58,725 bases of DNA from Gemmatimonadota bacterium (GCA_041577935.1 JBFGIA010000001.1:1-58725), one strand, 5' to 3'. Shown: positions 28,207 to 36,890, counted from the stretch's first letter. Numbers and translations: made by a program. Notes: a model not told the origin generated them from the letters alone.

Positions 28207-29720
28207 CAGCGACTTGTAAGGTACTCGATCACCAACCGCACCCCGGCACCCGTCGCGCCCACCGGCTCATAGTGCCGCGGTTTGGTCACATAGGCGTTGC
28301 CGGCGATGTCGAGGTGCGTCCACTGGATCGAATCGCCGACGAAGAACTTCAAGAACGCCGCCGCGTTTGAGGCTCCACCCCAGTGGCCACCGGCGTTCTT
28401 TATGTCAGCCACCTCGGATCGCATGTTCTCAGAGAACTCGTCGTACAAGGGTAGCGCCCACGCACGGTCGCCGGTCCTAGCGCCCGCTTCCACGAATCTC
28501 GACACTGCGCGTTCGTCGCCAAACACACCCGCCGCCGTTTCTCCGAGCGCCACCATGCAGGCACCGGTCAGAGTTGCGATGTCGATTATCTCGCGCGGAT
28601 TCTGCTCACTGGCCCACGCCAATCCGTCGGCCAGAATCAACCGCCCCTCAGCGTCGGTGTTGATTACCTCGATCGTCTTACCGGAGTACGATTCGACAAT
28701 GTCTCCCGGACGGTAGGCTGTGGCGCTGGGCAGGTTCTCGGCTGCCGGGATCACGCCGATCAGACTCTGCTTGAGCCCCAACAAGGCAGCCGCCTTGAGA
28801 ATCCCGAGCACCGCGCAGCCACCCATCTTGTCGAATTTCATCTCCTCCAGATGACGTGACGGCTTTATCGAGATCCCACCCGCATCAAAGGTGATCGCCT
28901 TGCCGACGACGATTGTCGGCTTGGCCGATGGACGACCACGATCGTAGCGCACGATGATCAAGCGCGGCCCGTTGTGTGACCCTTGGCCGACACCGAGAAT
29001 GGCGCCCATGCCCTGCTGCTTGAGGTCCTCCACCGTCAGCACTTCGACCATCATGGCGTGCTGATCACCGAGTTTCCGCGCATGATCGGCAAGTGCTGCC
29101 GGGGTCATCTCGTTGGGTGGGGAGTTCCCCAAATCGCGTGTGTAGTTGACCGCTTCCGCGATTTTGTTGCCTCGATCGAGCCCGCGGCGGATCTGGGGCA
29201 GCTTTCGGCCATCAGCCTCTACAATGGTCACGTCTTCGAGCTTTGGGACGGGTCGACCATCTCCCGTCGGCCCGGTCGTCGTCTTGAACCGATCCCAACG
29301 ATAGCCACCCATCAACGTGGCTTCGGCAATCGTCTCGGCCAAGTCACGCGGTGTCGTCTTCTTGAGGCTTCCCCCACCGTGCAGAACGGTGTGCCACTTG
29401 GTGATCCCGGTGGCCAGGAGTTGGCGTGTGGCTGTCCCAACGGCCCTGCGCACCGCCTCGAGATCGAGCCCATCGCGCTTGCCTAGACCAACCACCGCAA
29501 CGCGTCGCGCGGGTAGGCGCCCACCAGTATGAACGACTCGGGTCTCGCCCAGGCTCCCGGTGAGCTCGCCATCGGCGATCATCTGTGTGAGCTGACCGTC
29601 CAGTGCTCGGTCGATCGCGCCAGTCGCCCCGGCTGGCTTGGTGACACCCTCAAACAAGTTGACGACTACTGCCCCTGTTTCGAGCTCGGTCACGTTCCCC
29701 TTGATCGCCTTGAGCTTCAT
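28206..29720 (-). CDS. pepA: leucyl aminopeptidase (M17)
   Basis: NTDAEGRLILADGLAWA, GKAITFDAGGISIKP, and MKFDKMGG. Confidence 0.95.
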   Translation of the reverse strand: MKLKAIKGNVTELETGAVVVNLFEGVTKPAGATGAIDRALDGQLTQMIADGELTGSLGETRVVHTGGRLPARRVAVVGLGKRDGLDLEAVRRAVGTATRQLLATGITKWHTVLHGGGSLKKTTPRDLAETIAEATLMGGYRWDRFKTTTGPTGDGRPVPKLEDVTIVEADGRKLPQIRRGLDRGNKIAEAVNYTRDLGNSPPNEMTPAALADHARKLGDQHAMMVEVLTVEDLKQQGMGAILGVGQGSHNGPRLIIVRYDRGRPSAKPTIVVGKAITFDAGGISIKPSRHLEEMKFDKMGGCAVLGILKAAALLGLKQSLIGVIPAAENLPSATAYRPGDIVESYSGKTIEVINTDAEGRLILADGLAWASEQNPREIIDIATLTGACMVALGETAAGVFGDERAVSRFVEAGARTGDRAWALPLYDEFSENMRSEVADIKNAGGHWGGASNAAAFLKFFVGDSIQWTHLDIAGNAYVTKPRHYEPVGATGAGVRLVIEYLTSR

Positions 29721-29729
29721 CGCCTCGTC

Positions 29730-30509
29730 CTACCGCTGGCCGCTCGGAGGCGTCGCGCCACCGCTCTCTGCCAAGAACGCCTTCAGAAAATCGATCGGAA
29801 TCGGGAACAGGGTCGTCGAGTTGTTCTCCGCCGCGATCTCGACCAAGGTCTGCAAATACCTGAGCTGCAGCGCCTCGGGGTGTCTGGAGATGATCCCGGC
29901 CGCTTCGGCCATCCTTCCAGCGGCTTGGTACTCGCCCTCGGCGGTAATCACCTTGGCGCGGCGTTCCCGCTCGGCTTCCGCCTGCCGCGCCATCGCGCGC
30001 TGCATCTGCTGCGGCAAGTCGACGTCTTTGACCTCGACCTTGGCGACCTTGATTCCCCACGGGTCGGTGCCCTCGTCGAGAATACCAGCGATCCGGTCGT
30101 TGATTCGCTCACGCTCAGCCAGCAGCTCATCGAGCTCAGCCTCGCCCACAACCGACCGTAGCGTGGTCTGCGCCAGCTTGCTGGTCGCGTACAGAAAGTC
30201 CTCGACCTCGACGATCGCCTTGTCCGGGTCAAACACCCGGAAATAGACAACCGCGTTGACCTTCACCGACACATTGTCTTTCGTGATGACGTCCTGTGCC
30301 GGCACGTCCTGTGTGATCACCCGCAGGTCCACCTTGACCATCTTTTCGATGATCGGCCAAAGCCAGAAAATCCCCGGTCCCTTGGCGCCGCTCAGGCGAC
30401 CCAATCGGAAGATTACACCGCGTTCGTACTCCTTGAGAATCTTGATCGCGCTCATCGCAATGAACACAAGGAACACGAATACCACTGTCAGCGCGTTGAT
30501 CCCTGGCAT
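29730..30509 (-). CDS. SPFH/band-7 (stomatin-like) protein
   Basis: N-terminal TM helix, [17 protein letters not shown], and a C-terminal coiled coil [23 protein letters not shown]. Confidence 0.9.
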   Translation of the reverse strand: MPGINALTVVFVFLVFIAMSAIKILKEYERGVIFRLGRLSGAKGPGIFWLWPIIEKMVKVDLRVITQDVPAQDVITKDNVSVKVNAVVYFRVFDPDKAIVEVEDFLYATSKLAQTTLRSVVGEAELDELLAERERINDRIAGILDEGTDPWGIKVAKVEVKDVDLPQQMQRAMARQAEAERERRAKVITAEGEYQAAGRMAEAAGIISRHPEALQLRYLQTLVEIAAENNSTTLFPIPIDFLKAFLAESGGATPPSGQR

Positions 30510-30512
30510 TTT

Positions 30513-31280
30513 CTACCTTCTCTCCAAGAGGTTCATCTCCAATCCCAAATCCGCTAGCCATTGCTGCCAACCGGCCATCGAATCGAGCAACATGTCAGGC
30601 TCATAACTGGCCAGTGTCTGCCGAGACGGATTTCCAGTCGCGACCGCCACGGCTATAGCCCCAACCGCGCGAGCACATTGGATATCGGCCGGCGTATCAC
30701 CCACGACTACCACCTCGGTGCCGCGGAAGCGACCGCCTGTCTTCGCTTCGGCCCGCTCGATCGCGATCGCCGGCAGCTGGTCGCGGCCGTGATCATCGGA
30801 ACCGAAGGCTCCCACCTCGAACGCGTCCCACAGCCCGAAATGATCGAGCTTGAGTCGGGCCCCCTGCTCGACGTTCCCGGTAACCAGCCCGAGCACGACC
30901 CGCGGATCGTCAGCCAGCGCTGGGACGAGCTCATCAACACCGGGAAACAAATAGTGGCGGGTTTCGGTCTCGAGCTCGATCGCCAACCCCGCCAGATAGT
31001 CATCAAACAGCCCCTGGAGCCGATCACCGATGTGACCGTCGGTGAAACCGGCGGCGCGCATCAGCTCATACACGATTTGGGGGTCGGTCTTGCCCGAAAA
31101 ATCGTTGTTGGGGGCGTCTCCCTCGGTCCCGAAGTGATCCAGGAGCGCCTGCCGAAACGCGCGCCGCGGGGCGCCGCCAGCTGAGAGCAGCGTTCCGTCG
31201 ATATCAAACAGGAAAAGGCGCTCGCAGGCCGGCACGGAGCCGAACATAGCCCCGCGGATCGGGGGCAACAAGCCGATCAA
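30513..31280 (-). CDS. HAD-superfamily hydrolase (phosphoglycolate phosphatase-like)
   Basis: Motif I LFDIDGTLL, motif III/IV VVVGDTPADI. Confidence 0.8.
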   Translation of the reverse strand: MIGLLPPIRGAMFGSVPACERLFLFDIDGTLLSAGGAPRRAFRQALLDHFGTEGDAPNNDFSGKTDPQIVYELMRAAGFTDGHIGDRLQGLFDDYLAGLAIELETETRHYLFPGVDELVPALADDPRVVLGLVTGNVEQGARLKLDHFGLWDAFEVGAFGSDDHGRDQLPAIAIERAEAKTGGRFRGTEVVVVGDTPADIQCARAVGAIAVAVATGNPSRQTLASYEPDMLLDSMAGWQQWLADLGLEMNLLERR

Positions 31281-31290
31281 GGGTCGTTTC

Positions 31291-32082
31291 CTAGGGCTCG
31301 CCCTCGGCCCGGTACCACCGAAAGAACAGAACCGTGATCGCCGTCCACAGGATCAGCCCACCGCCGATTTTCATCAGGATCCCCGCCAGCTGTTGGTCTT
31401 GCTGCTTGGTCATCCACCCAACCGGTGGCGCCAGCTCGTACGTCGCGTAGACCGGTAGCTGGCTAAACGTCAGATAGAGAAACGGCGCCGTCGAGAGGAT
31501 CGTGTTGGCGATCAGGTACGCGAGCTTCAGCGGATAGGAGAATCCTGGCCGGGCTGGCACCGGGGCCACGAGCGGCCACCAGAAGAGCGTCCCACCAAGA
31601 AACCACAACATGTCGATCGTGAACGAGCCCGCCTGTGAACCCATGAGCGCATCGACAACCGTGGGCCAATGGGTGAACACCAGAATCACATTGAACCCGA
31701 TGATCGCCACCAACGGATGCGTCCCGCGGGAGAGCACGGCGTGAAGAGTCGACCGCCGCCGCAGCGATGCGAACGCATCCGCTGGAACCCCGAGCAGCAG
31801 TAGCGCCGGAGCGACCAAGCCGACCAACAGGAACTGCACCATATGAACGCTGGCCAGATAGCCCGCCGCGAGCGCGCCGATCGGCCAATCGAGGGCCACC
31901 CAAACGACGCCCAAGCCGGTCACAAACGCGACCCCGCGCCAGCCAACCTGCCGCCAGCCGCCCGCATCGCGCACGAGCTTCAGGTACCCCACCGCCATGA
32001 CCAGCACCAGGACCCAGACCCCTACGTAGGGTCGCCAGGTCCAATCCCATGCAACTCCCTGAGCGGAGCACCACCATTGCAC
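31291..32082 (-). CDS. cytochrome c oxidase assembly factor CtaG-like membrane protein
   Basis: Polytopic protein immediately downstream of SCO1/SenC. GTG at 32082 lies 2 nt after the SCO stop. Its composition resembles the caa3-type CtaG family. The call is partly contextual. Confidence 0.55.
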   Translation of the reverse strand: MQWWCSAQGVAWDWTWRPYVGVWVLVLVMAVGYLKLVRDAGGWRQVGWRGVAFVTGLGVVWVALDWPIGALAAGYLASVHMVQFLLVGLVAPALLLLGVPADAFASLRRRSTLHAVLSRGTHPLVAIIGFNVILVFTHWPTVVDALMGSQAGSFTIDMLWFLGGTLFWWPLVAPVPARPGFSYPLKLAYLIANTILSTAPFLYLTFSQLPVYATYELAPPVGWMTKQQDQQLAGILMKIGGGLILWTAITVLFFRWYRAEGEP

Positions 32083-32084
32083 GA

Positions 32085-32744
32085 TTAGCGCGCCACCGCC
32101 TCGTCGCCTCGGGTCGCGACCAGAATCGGTAGATCGTGTACCCAATCCGCCTGTCGAGTGCCGAAGGGATAGGCGACCCTGGCCATCCCCGATGGCGAGA
32201 ATGCGAGCACCTGCGCCGCATGACCGACCTCATACCCAGTGGCTGGTTCGGAAGGGATGACACTCGGCGGCAGGTTCAGCTGGTCCTGAATCGCGGCCAC
32301 TTCCTCGACGGTTCCGCGGAGACCGACAAAGGCAGGATCAAAACGGTCGAGCCACTCGCGTATGCGGTCGGGCGTGTCGCGATCCGGATCGGTGGTCACG
32401 AACACGACTTTCACGCGGCGCCGCGTTTGCCAACCCACCTGGCCGAGGGCCGCGGCGATGTTCGCCATGTGAATCGGGCAGACATCGGGGCAGTGGGTGT
32501 AACCAAAGAACAGCAGCGTCGCGTAGCCTTCTGTCCGGGCATGGAAGTCGAAACCGACGCCCTCGGTGTCGATCAGGGAGAAGTCGGGCCTTGGGATCGG
32601 GTTTGCGAGCCGTGTCCCGCGCAGTTCGTCCGTAGGTTTATCGCCAACGCTCTCGCGAGCCGAATCCGCCCAACCGCAGCTGCTGGCTAACAGAAACACC
32701 AGCATTAGCGATCGAAACGCGGGGCGGCGGCGCACTGGGGCCAT
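32085..32744 (-). CDS. SCO1/SenC copper chaperone (thioredoxin fold)
   Basis: FFGYTHCPDVCP motif. Signal/lipobox-like N-terminus LLASSCG. Confidence 0.85.
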   Translation of the reverse strand: MAPVRRRPAFRSLMLVFLLASSCGWADSARESVGDKPTDELRGTRLANPIPRPDFSLIDTEGVGFDFHARTEGYATLLFFGYTHCPDVCPIHMANIAAALGQVGWQTRRRVKVVFVTTDPDRDTPDRIREWLDRFDPAFVGLRGTVEEVAAIQDQLNLPPSVIPSEPATGYEVGHAAQVLAFSPSGMARVAYPFGTRQADWVHDLPILVATRGDEAVAR

Positions 32745-32803
32745 GTGACGAATATTAAGCTGATCATCCGACGCCCGGCATCACCGCAACTGAAAGGTCC
32801 ACA

Positions 32804-33271
32804 ATGCCCACGCTCAAGGTCGGCGACCCAGCACCGGATCTCGATCTCCCCTCGACCGAAGACCAAAACATTCGGCTCGCCGATCTCGTGGGGAACGTGG
32901 TCGTGCTCTACTTCTATCCCCGCGACATGACACCTGGATGAACAGCGGAGGCGTGCGCCTTCAAGGGCAGGTTGCCCGATTTCACCAACTTGGATGCGAT
33001 CGTGCTCGGCGTTTCGAAAGATTCAGTCGCCAGTCACCGTCGCTTTCAAAAGAGATTCAGCCTGCCGTTCCCGCTGCTCTCCGACGCCGAGAGCGATGTG
33101 TGTGAGCGCTACCATGTGTGGAAGAAAAAGAAGCTTTTCGGGCGCGAGAGCATGGGGATCGAGCGCACCACGTTCGTGATCGACGAGACTGGCCGGATCG
33201 CGCACGTCTTTCCCAAGGTGAAAGTGAAAGGTCACGCCAAGGAAGTGCTGGCGGTGATCGCGGAGATGTAA
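32804..33271 (+). CDS. bcp: Bcp/PrxQ peroxiredoxin with in-frame TGA (predicted selenocysteine) at the peroxidatic Cys position
   Basis: ATG at 32804, then 45 codons MPTLKVGDPAPDLDLPSTEDQNIRLADLVGNVVVLYFYPRDMTPG, then TGA (32939..32941), then TAEACAFKG... in frame with ORF 32972..33271. Collinear with E. coli Bcp: YFYPKAMTPGCTVQAC vs YFYPRDMTPG-U-TAEAC. Total 155 aa. Confidence 0.8.
32947..32977 (+). promoter_or_regulatory. candidate SECIS region (two alternative hairpins)
   Basis: GGAGGC-GUGC-GCCUUC (32947..32962, 6 bp including one GU pair, GU-containing tetraloop). GGGCA-GGU-UGCCC (32965..32977, loop about +32 from the UGA). I cannot tell by eye which one is functional. Confidence 0.4.
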
Positions 33272-33306
33272 AAAGGGCTCCCTTCCGTATGGGAAGGAGC
33301 CCTTTT
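33271..33306. terminator. bidirectional rho-independent terminator
   Basis: AAAAGGGCUCCCUUCC-GUAU-GGGAAGGAGCCCUUUU: a stem of about 15 bp with one bulged C, A-run on one side and T-run on the other. It sits between convergent bcp and the HesB-family gene. Confidence 0.75.
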
Positions 33307-33330
33307 GGCTACCAGCCCGGGAAACGTCCG

Positions 33331-33687
33331 CTATACGCCGAACGACTCTCCGCAGCCGCAGGTCGACTTGGCGTTCGGGTTGCCGATCTTGAACCCAGCG
33401 CCGTTTAAGCCGTCCACGAAGTCGATGTTCGCCCCCACCAGGTAGGGTGCGCTGTACTTGTCGATCAAAAAGTCGACCCCGTCGATCACGAGCACCGAAT
33501 CGGTCTCTTTGTGATCATCGAAGCCGAGCGCGTATGAAAAACCGTGACAACCGCCACCTACCACGCGTACGCGAAGGCCCTTGTCTTCCAAGTTCTCTCG
33601 ATCGCGCAGCTCTTTGATCTTGGCGGTGGCCGTGGGGGTAACGGTCATCACCTGGTCATTACTTTGCACCTCGGCGATCTCAGTCAT
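33331..33687 (-). CDS. HesB/IscA-family iron-sulfur cluster insertion protein
   Basis: GGCHGFSYALGFD and C-terminal STCGCGESFGV. The second ATG (33687) has GGAGGAG 6 nt upstream. Confidence 0.9.
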   Translation of the reverse strand: MTEIAEVQSNDQVMTVTPTATAKIKELRDRENLEDKGLRVRVVGGGCHGFSYALGFDDHKETDSVLVIDGVDFLIDKYSAPYLVGANIDFVDGLNGAGFKIGNPNAKSTCGCGESFGV

Positions 33688-33770
33688 GCTATGCTCCTCC
33701 ATTCAGTATGGTATGTCTTTCGCCACAAAACGGTAACGGAGCGGGCGCCTCTCGTCAACGTTGTCGACTA

Positions 33771-33835
33771 TCCACCGCATTCCCCAGGCCATCCCCACTG
33801 GATCCCCAGGTTTTCCCCCGGATTTCCACCAGATA
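33771..33835 (+). repeat. phased direct-repeat array TCC(C/A)CC/A with 10-11 bp period (6 units)
   Basis: Units start at 33771 TCCACCGCAT, 33781 TCCCCAGGCCA, 33792 TCCCCACTGGA, 33803 TCCCCAGGTTT, 33814 TCCCCCGGATT and 33825 TCCACCAGATA. Confidence 0.6.
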
Positions 33836-33873
33836 TTGTGGATAAAGATCCCCCCGACCACTGTATATTGTAC
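33826..33873 (+). promoter_or_regulatory. two NrdR-box-like operators
   Basis: CCACCAGATATTGTGG (33826..33841) and CCACTGTATATTGTAC (33858..33873), 32 bp start-to-start. Both resemble the acaCwAtATaTwGtgt NrdR consensus and lie upstream of an RNR gene. Confidence 0.65.
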
Positions 33874-33880
33874 TCTAATC

Positions 33881-33909
33881 TTGACAAGCTCGATCGCTCT
33901 TGATAGTAT
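33881..33909 (+). promoter_or_regulatory. sigma-70-type promoter for nrdJ
   Basis: TTGACA (33881..33886), 17-nt spacer, TAGTAT (33904..33909). Confidence 0.55.
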
Positions 33910-34061
33910 GGTCGTCGCCTCATCCTGAAAGAAAACAAGCGCAATCGACGGGTCGCCTGATTGCCCTTCCGCTCGGACGGCGTTCGATCTCAAGCGACTC
34001 CCTTTCGTGCCCTAGGGCGACGACATATGAGCTCCGGTCGTCGTGACAGAAAGGTTCGCTC
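33910..34061 (+). promoter_or_regulatory. structured nrdJ 5' leader with mutually exclusive pairings
   Basis: GGUCGUCGCC (33910..33919) is complementary to GGCGACGAC (34016..34024). That segment can instead pair with GUCGUCG (34037..34043), just upstream of the RBS AGAAAGG (34048..34054). There is also an internal hairpin GCAAUC-12nt-GAUUGC. Confidence 0.3.
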
Positions 34062-36383
34062 ATGGCCAAAGCCTCGTTGGACCAGTACCTCACCTTCCTC
34101 ACCGAGCCCGACGCAGCAACCATACTCAAGCGGTCGAAAAAAACCGAGACCTATTACGACGATTCCCTCGCCGCTGACGTTCTGCGCAATAAGTACCTCG
34201 CGCCGGGCGAAGAAGGTCCGCTCGATTTATGGGAGCGGGTGGCTCGGGCGCTCGCTTCGGTCGAAGAAGACTCCGATTACTGGTTCGAAGAGTTCTTTGC
34301 GATCCTGTTCGATTTCAAGTTCGTACCCGGCGGCCGCGTCATGCACGGTGCGGGTCGCGATGACGCTCGGCGCAAGCCAACGCTCTCCAATTGCTACGTC
34401 ATCCCGATCACCGAGGACAGCCTCGAGGGCATCTACAGATGCCTTGCCGAGAGCGCGATGGTCTATCGCACCGGGGGCGGGGTGGGCACCGACTTGTCGA
34501 TCCTGAGGCCCAAGGGAGCCCCGGTAAACGCCACCGTCGCGGGTTCCCCCGGCTCGACCTCGTTCATGAACCTGCTGTCGGAGTCGACCAATACGGTGAG
34601 CCAGGCCGGACGGCGCGGAGCGCTCATGCTGACGATGCGCGTCGATCACCCCGACATCGAGAGCTTTATCACCATCAAGAACGACCAACGTCGGCGCAAG
34701 GTGGAGTACGCCAACATCTCGTGTCTGATCACTCACGAGTTCATGACCGCGGTGCTCGAAGACACCGATTTCGACTTGCGTTGGGGCGGCGAAGTCTTCA
34801 AGACGGTGCGGGCACGCGATCTGTGGCAGAAGATCATCGACAACGCTCACGCCAGCGCCGAGCCGGGGATCATCTTCTGGGACACGATGCGGGAATACCA
34901 CAACGTCGAATACGCCAACCCGATCGCTTCCACGAATCCCTGCGGCGAGCAGCCCCTGGCCGCTTACACCGCGTGCAACCTGGGATCGATCAATCTGTCG
35001 AGGTTCGTAGACCACGGAGGAACGCTGGATCTCGAGGAGCTTTCCGAGGTTGCCCGCACGGCAACTCGTTTTCTCGACGACGTGATCGATTACAACATGG
35101 ACAACCACGCGTTGAAGAAGATCCGCCGAGCGGTGGCGTCTGATCGCCGAGTCGGTCTCGGGATTACCGGGCTGGCGGACGCGCTCGCCCGCATGCGGAT
35201 CCGTTACGACAGCGAAGAGGCGCTCGAAACAGTCGACGAGATCATGGAGACGATCGCTCGCTCGGCCTATCAAACGTCGATCGACCTGGCGCGTGAGAAA
35301 GGCGCCTACCCGCTCTTCTCGTGGCCCGAAGTGTCAGACTCCAAGTTCATCCAGGCCTTGCCTGATGATCTGCGGGATCAGATTGGTGAGTTCGGGATGC
35401 GAAACTCGACCGTCCTGACCGTCCCACCGGTCGGCACTGGCTCAATCGTCGCTCAGTGCTCAAGTGGGGTGGAGCCGATCTTCTGCACTTCCTATAAGCG
35501 CCGCGTCAAGCAGGACGACGGAGAGACGTTCTCCGAGTACACCGTTTACCATCCGCTGGTGCAGGAACTGTGGGGCGGCGACGACGGTTTGCCCGACTAT
35601 ATCGTGACCGCACACGACATCGACCCCTACTTCCGCGTACGGATGCAGGGCGTGATCCAACGCTGGGTCGACTCTTCGATCTCATCCACGGTGAACCTCT
35701 CAACTGATGTTCCGGTGGAGACAGTGGCAGACATCTACATCGCCGCCTACCGGGCGGGACTCAAGGGGATCACCGTGTACCGCGAGGGCAGCCGTGAGGG
35801 GATCCTCGTGACCGAGACCACGGCAGAACCCAAGGCGGTCGACCTCAAGCCCGCCAAGCCGCGGCCGCGACCGGCAATCACTCACGGTGTCACCGAGCGC
35901 ATCCGCACTGGCGACGGAAACCTCTATATCACGATCAACGAGGACGAATCCGGCCTAGCGGAGGTCTTTGCCTCGCTGGGTAAGGCGGGGGGCACGGCGG
36001 CTGTGCAATCGGAAGCGATGTGCAGGCTGATCTCGCTTTGTCTGCGTTCGGGCCTCGATCCATCGGCGATCGTCAAGCAGCTCAAAGGGATCTCGGGACC
36101 CAACCCGGTATGGGACAATGGTGAGCTGATCCTTTCGGCGCCCGACGCGATCGGGCGCGCGTTGGAGCGTTATTTGGAGCGCAGCGGGCGTGGCACGAAT
36201 GGCAACGGTAACGGCCACACGACCGCCAACTCGGTCGCTCGCGCCGCGGCCGAAAACGACGAATTCCGCGGACCAGGGGCGATGGCGGCCAGGCCGATGT
36301 CGACGTGCCCGGATTGCGGTGGTCCCGTGACACACGAGAACGCCTGCCTGGTCTGCAAGCACTGCGGGTGGAGCAAGTGCTGA
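34062..36383 (+). CDS. nrdJ: adenosylcobalamin-dependent ribonucleotide reductase (class II)
   Basis: 773 aa. Active-site TNPCGEQPL. C-terminal Cys-rich tail CPDCGGPVTHENACLVCKHCGWSKC is typical of class II enzymes. Confidence 0.95.
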   Translation: MAKASLDQYLTFLTEPDAATILKRSKKTETYYDDSLAADVLRNKYLAPGEEGPLDLWERVARALASVEEDSDYWFEEFFAILFDFKFVPGGRVMHGAGRDDARRKPTLSNCYVIPITEDSLEGIYRCLAESAMVYRTGGGVGTDLSILRPKGAPVNATVAGSPGSTSFMNLLSESTNTVSQAGRRGALMLTMRVDHPDIESFITIKNDQRRRKVEYANISCLITHEFMTAVLEDTDFDLRWGGEVFKTVRARDLWQKIIDNAHASAEPGIIFWDTMREYHNVEYANPIASTNPCGEQPLAAYTACNLGSINLSRFVDHGGTLDLEELSEVARTATRFLDDVIDYNMDNHALKKIRRAVASDRRVGLGITGLADALARMRIRYDSEEALETVDEIMETIARSAYQTSIDLAREKGAYPLFSWPEVSDSKFIQALPDDLRDQIGEFGMRNSTVLTVPPVGTGSIVAQCSSGVEPIFCTSYKRRVKQDDGETFSEYTVYHPLVQELWGGDDGLPDYIVTAHDIDPYFRVRMQGVIQRWVDSSISSTVNLSTDVPVETVADIYIAAYRAGLKGITVYREGSREGILVTETTAEPKAVDLKPAKPRPRPAITHGVTERIRTGDGNLYITINEDESGLAEVFASLGKAGGTAAVQSEAMCRLISLCLRSGLDPSAIVKQLKGISGPNPVWDNGELILSAPDAIGRALERYLERSGRGTNGNGNGHTTANSVARAAAENDEFRGPGAMAARPMSTCPDCGGPVTHENACLVCKHCGWSKC

Positions 36384-36391
36384 CCCGCTAG

Positions 36392-36409
36392 GCCGCCGAC
36401 CACGGCGGC
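36392..36409 (+). terminator. hairpin GCCGCCG-ACCA-CGGCGGC after nrdJ
   Basis: Perfect 7-bp stem 9 nt after the stop, followed by a T-containing tract GTTGTTAT. Confidence 0.5.
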
Positions 36410-36423
36410 AGAACCGTTGTTAT

Positions 36424-36498
36424 GGGGGCGATTAGGATGGGGTCGCCCCCTTGAGCGGGGTCGAGTGGCAGAGGAAGTCGACCGGCTCGGCCCCGCTC
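36424..36498 (+). other. two further GC-rich hairpins
   Basis: GGGGGCGA (36424..36431) pairs with TCGCCCCC (36443..36450). GAGCGGGG (36453..36460) pairs with CCCCGCTC (36491..36498), with an inner TCGA/TCGA pairing. Confidence 0.45.
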
Positions 36499-36560
36499 CT
36501 TGGTCTCCTTTCGCGGCCCTGTCCGTTCAACGGCACAGAAGTTGCTTCTCTTTTAACAGT

Positions 36561-36890
36561 ATGAAGGGTGATTTGCACAAGACACGCTGGAGTCGGTTTT
36601 CAATCCGCATGCAGGTGCCGAGCTCGATGGGCGTTTTCATGCTCGCCGCCGGCGACAGCAACAGCCCCGAGCCGGTGCTTCTCGTCGGCAGCGCCAGGAA
36701 CCTGCGCCGCAAGCTGCTTCAACTCTTCGAGATGGAGGAGCTGCGCGGTGTCAGCGCGAAGTTTGTGCATTGGGTCGGCGGACTGTCGATGGAGCAGGCG
36801 CGCTTGGCGGAACGGCAATTTATCCGCCGTTACGACCCCCCGCTGAACCTCTCCGGACATTCCCGTTACATGGACATCCTGGCCGGTTAA
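36561..36890 (+). CDS. stand-alone GIY-YIG (UvrC N-terminal-like) domain protein, 109 aa
   Basis: GVFML-x11-LLVGSARNLRRKLL ... EQARLAERQFIRRYDPPLN matches the GIY-x10/11-YIG, Arg, Glu, Asn pattern of UvrC-type GIY-YIG modules. ATG at 36561 is preferred over the longer ORF starting at 36417. Confidence 0.6.
   Translation: MKGDLHKTRWSRFSIRMQVPSSMGVFMLAAGDSNSPEPVLLVGSARNLRRKLLQLFEMEELRGVSAKFVHWVGGLSMEQARLAERQFIRRYDPPLNLSGHSRYMDILAG

Noticed and set aside
32745-32930. 61-aa ORF upstream of the Bcp C-terminal ORF
   Set aside because: It is out of frame with, and overlaps, the canonical Bcp N-terminus (ATG 32804). Its sequence is compositionally odd (R/S/P-rich).
33910-34061. Cobalamin riboswitch upstream of the B12-dependent RNR
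   Set aside because: I found no B12-box-like core (GCCACUG-type) or the usual multi-stem architecture by eye. B12 riboswitches typically control B12-independent isozymes, not nrdJ. The region is kept only as an unclassified structured leader.
34062-36383. Possible intein in nrdJ
   Set aside because: The length (773 aa) and uninterrupted collinearity of RNR motifs leave no room for an intein. No Cys/Ser...HN-Cys splice-junction block was seen.
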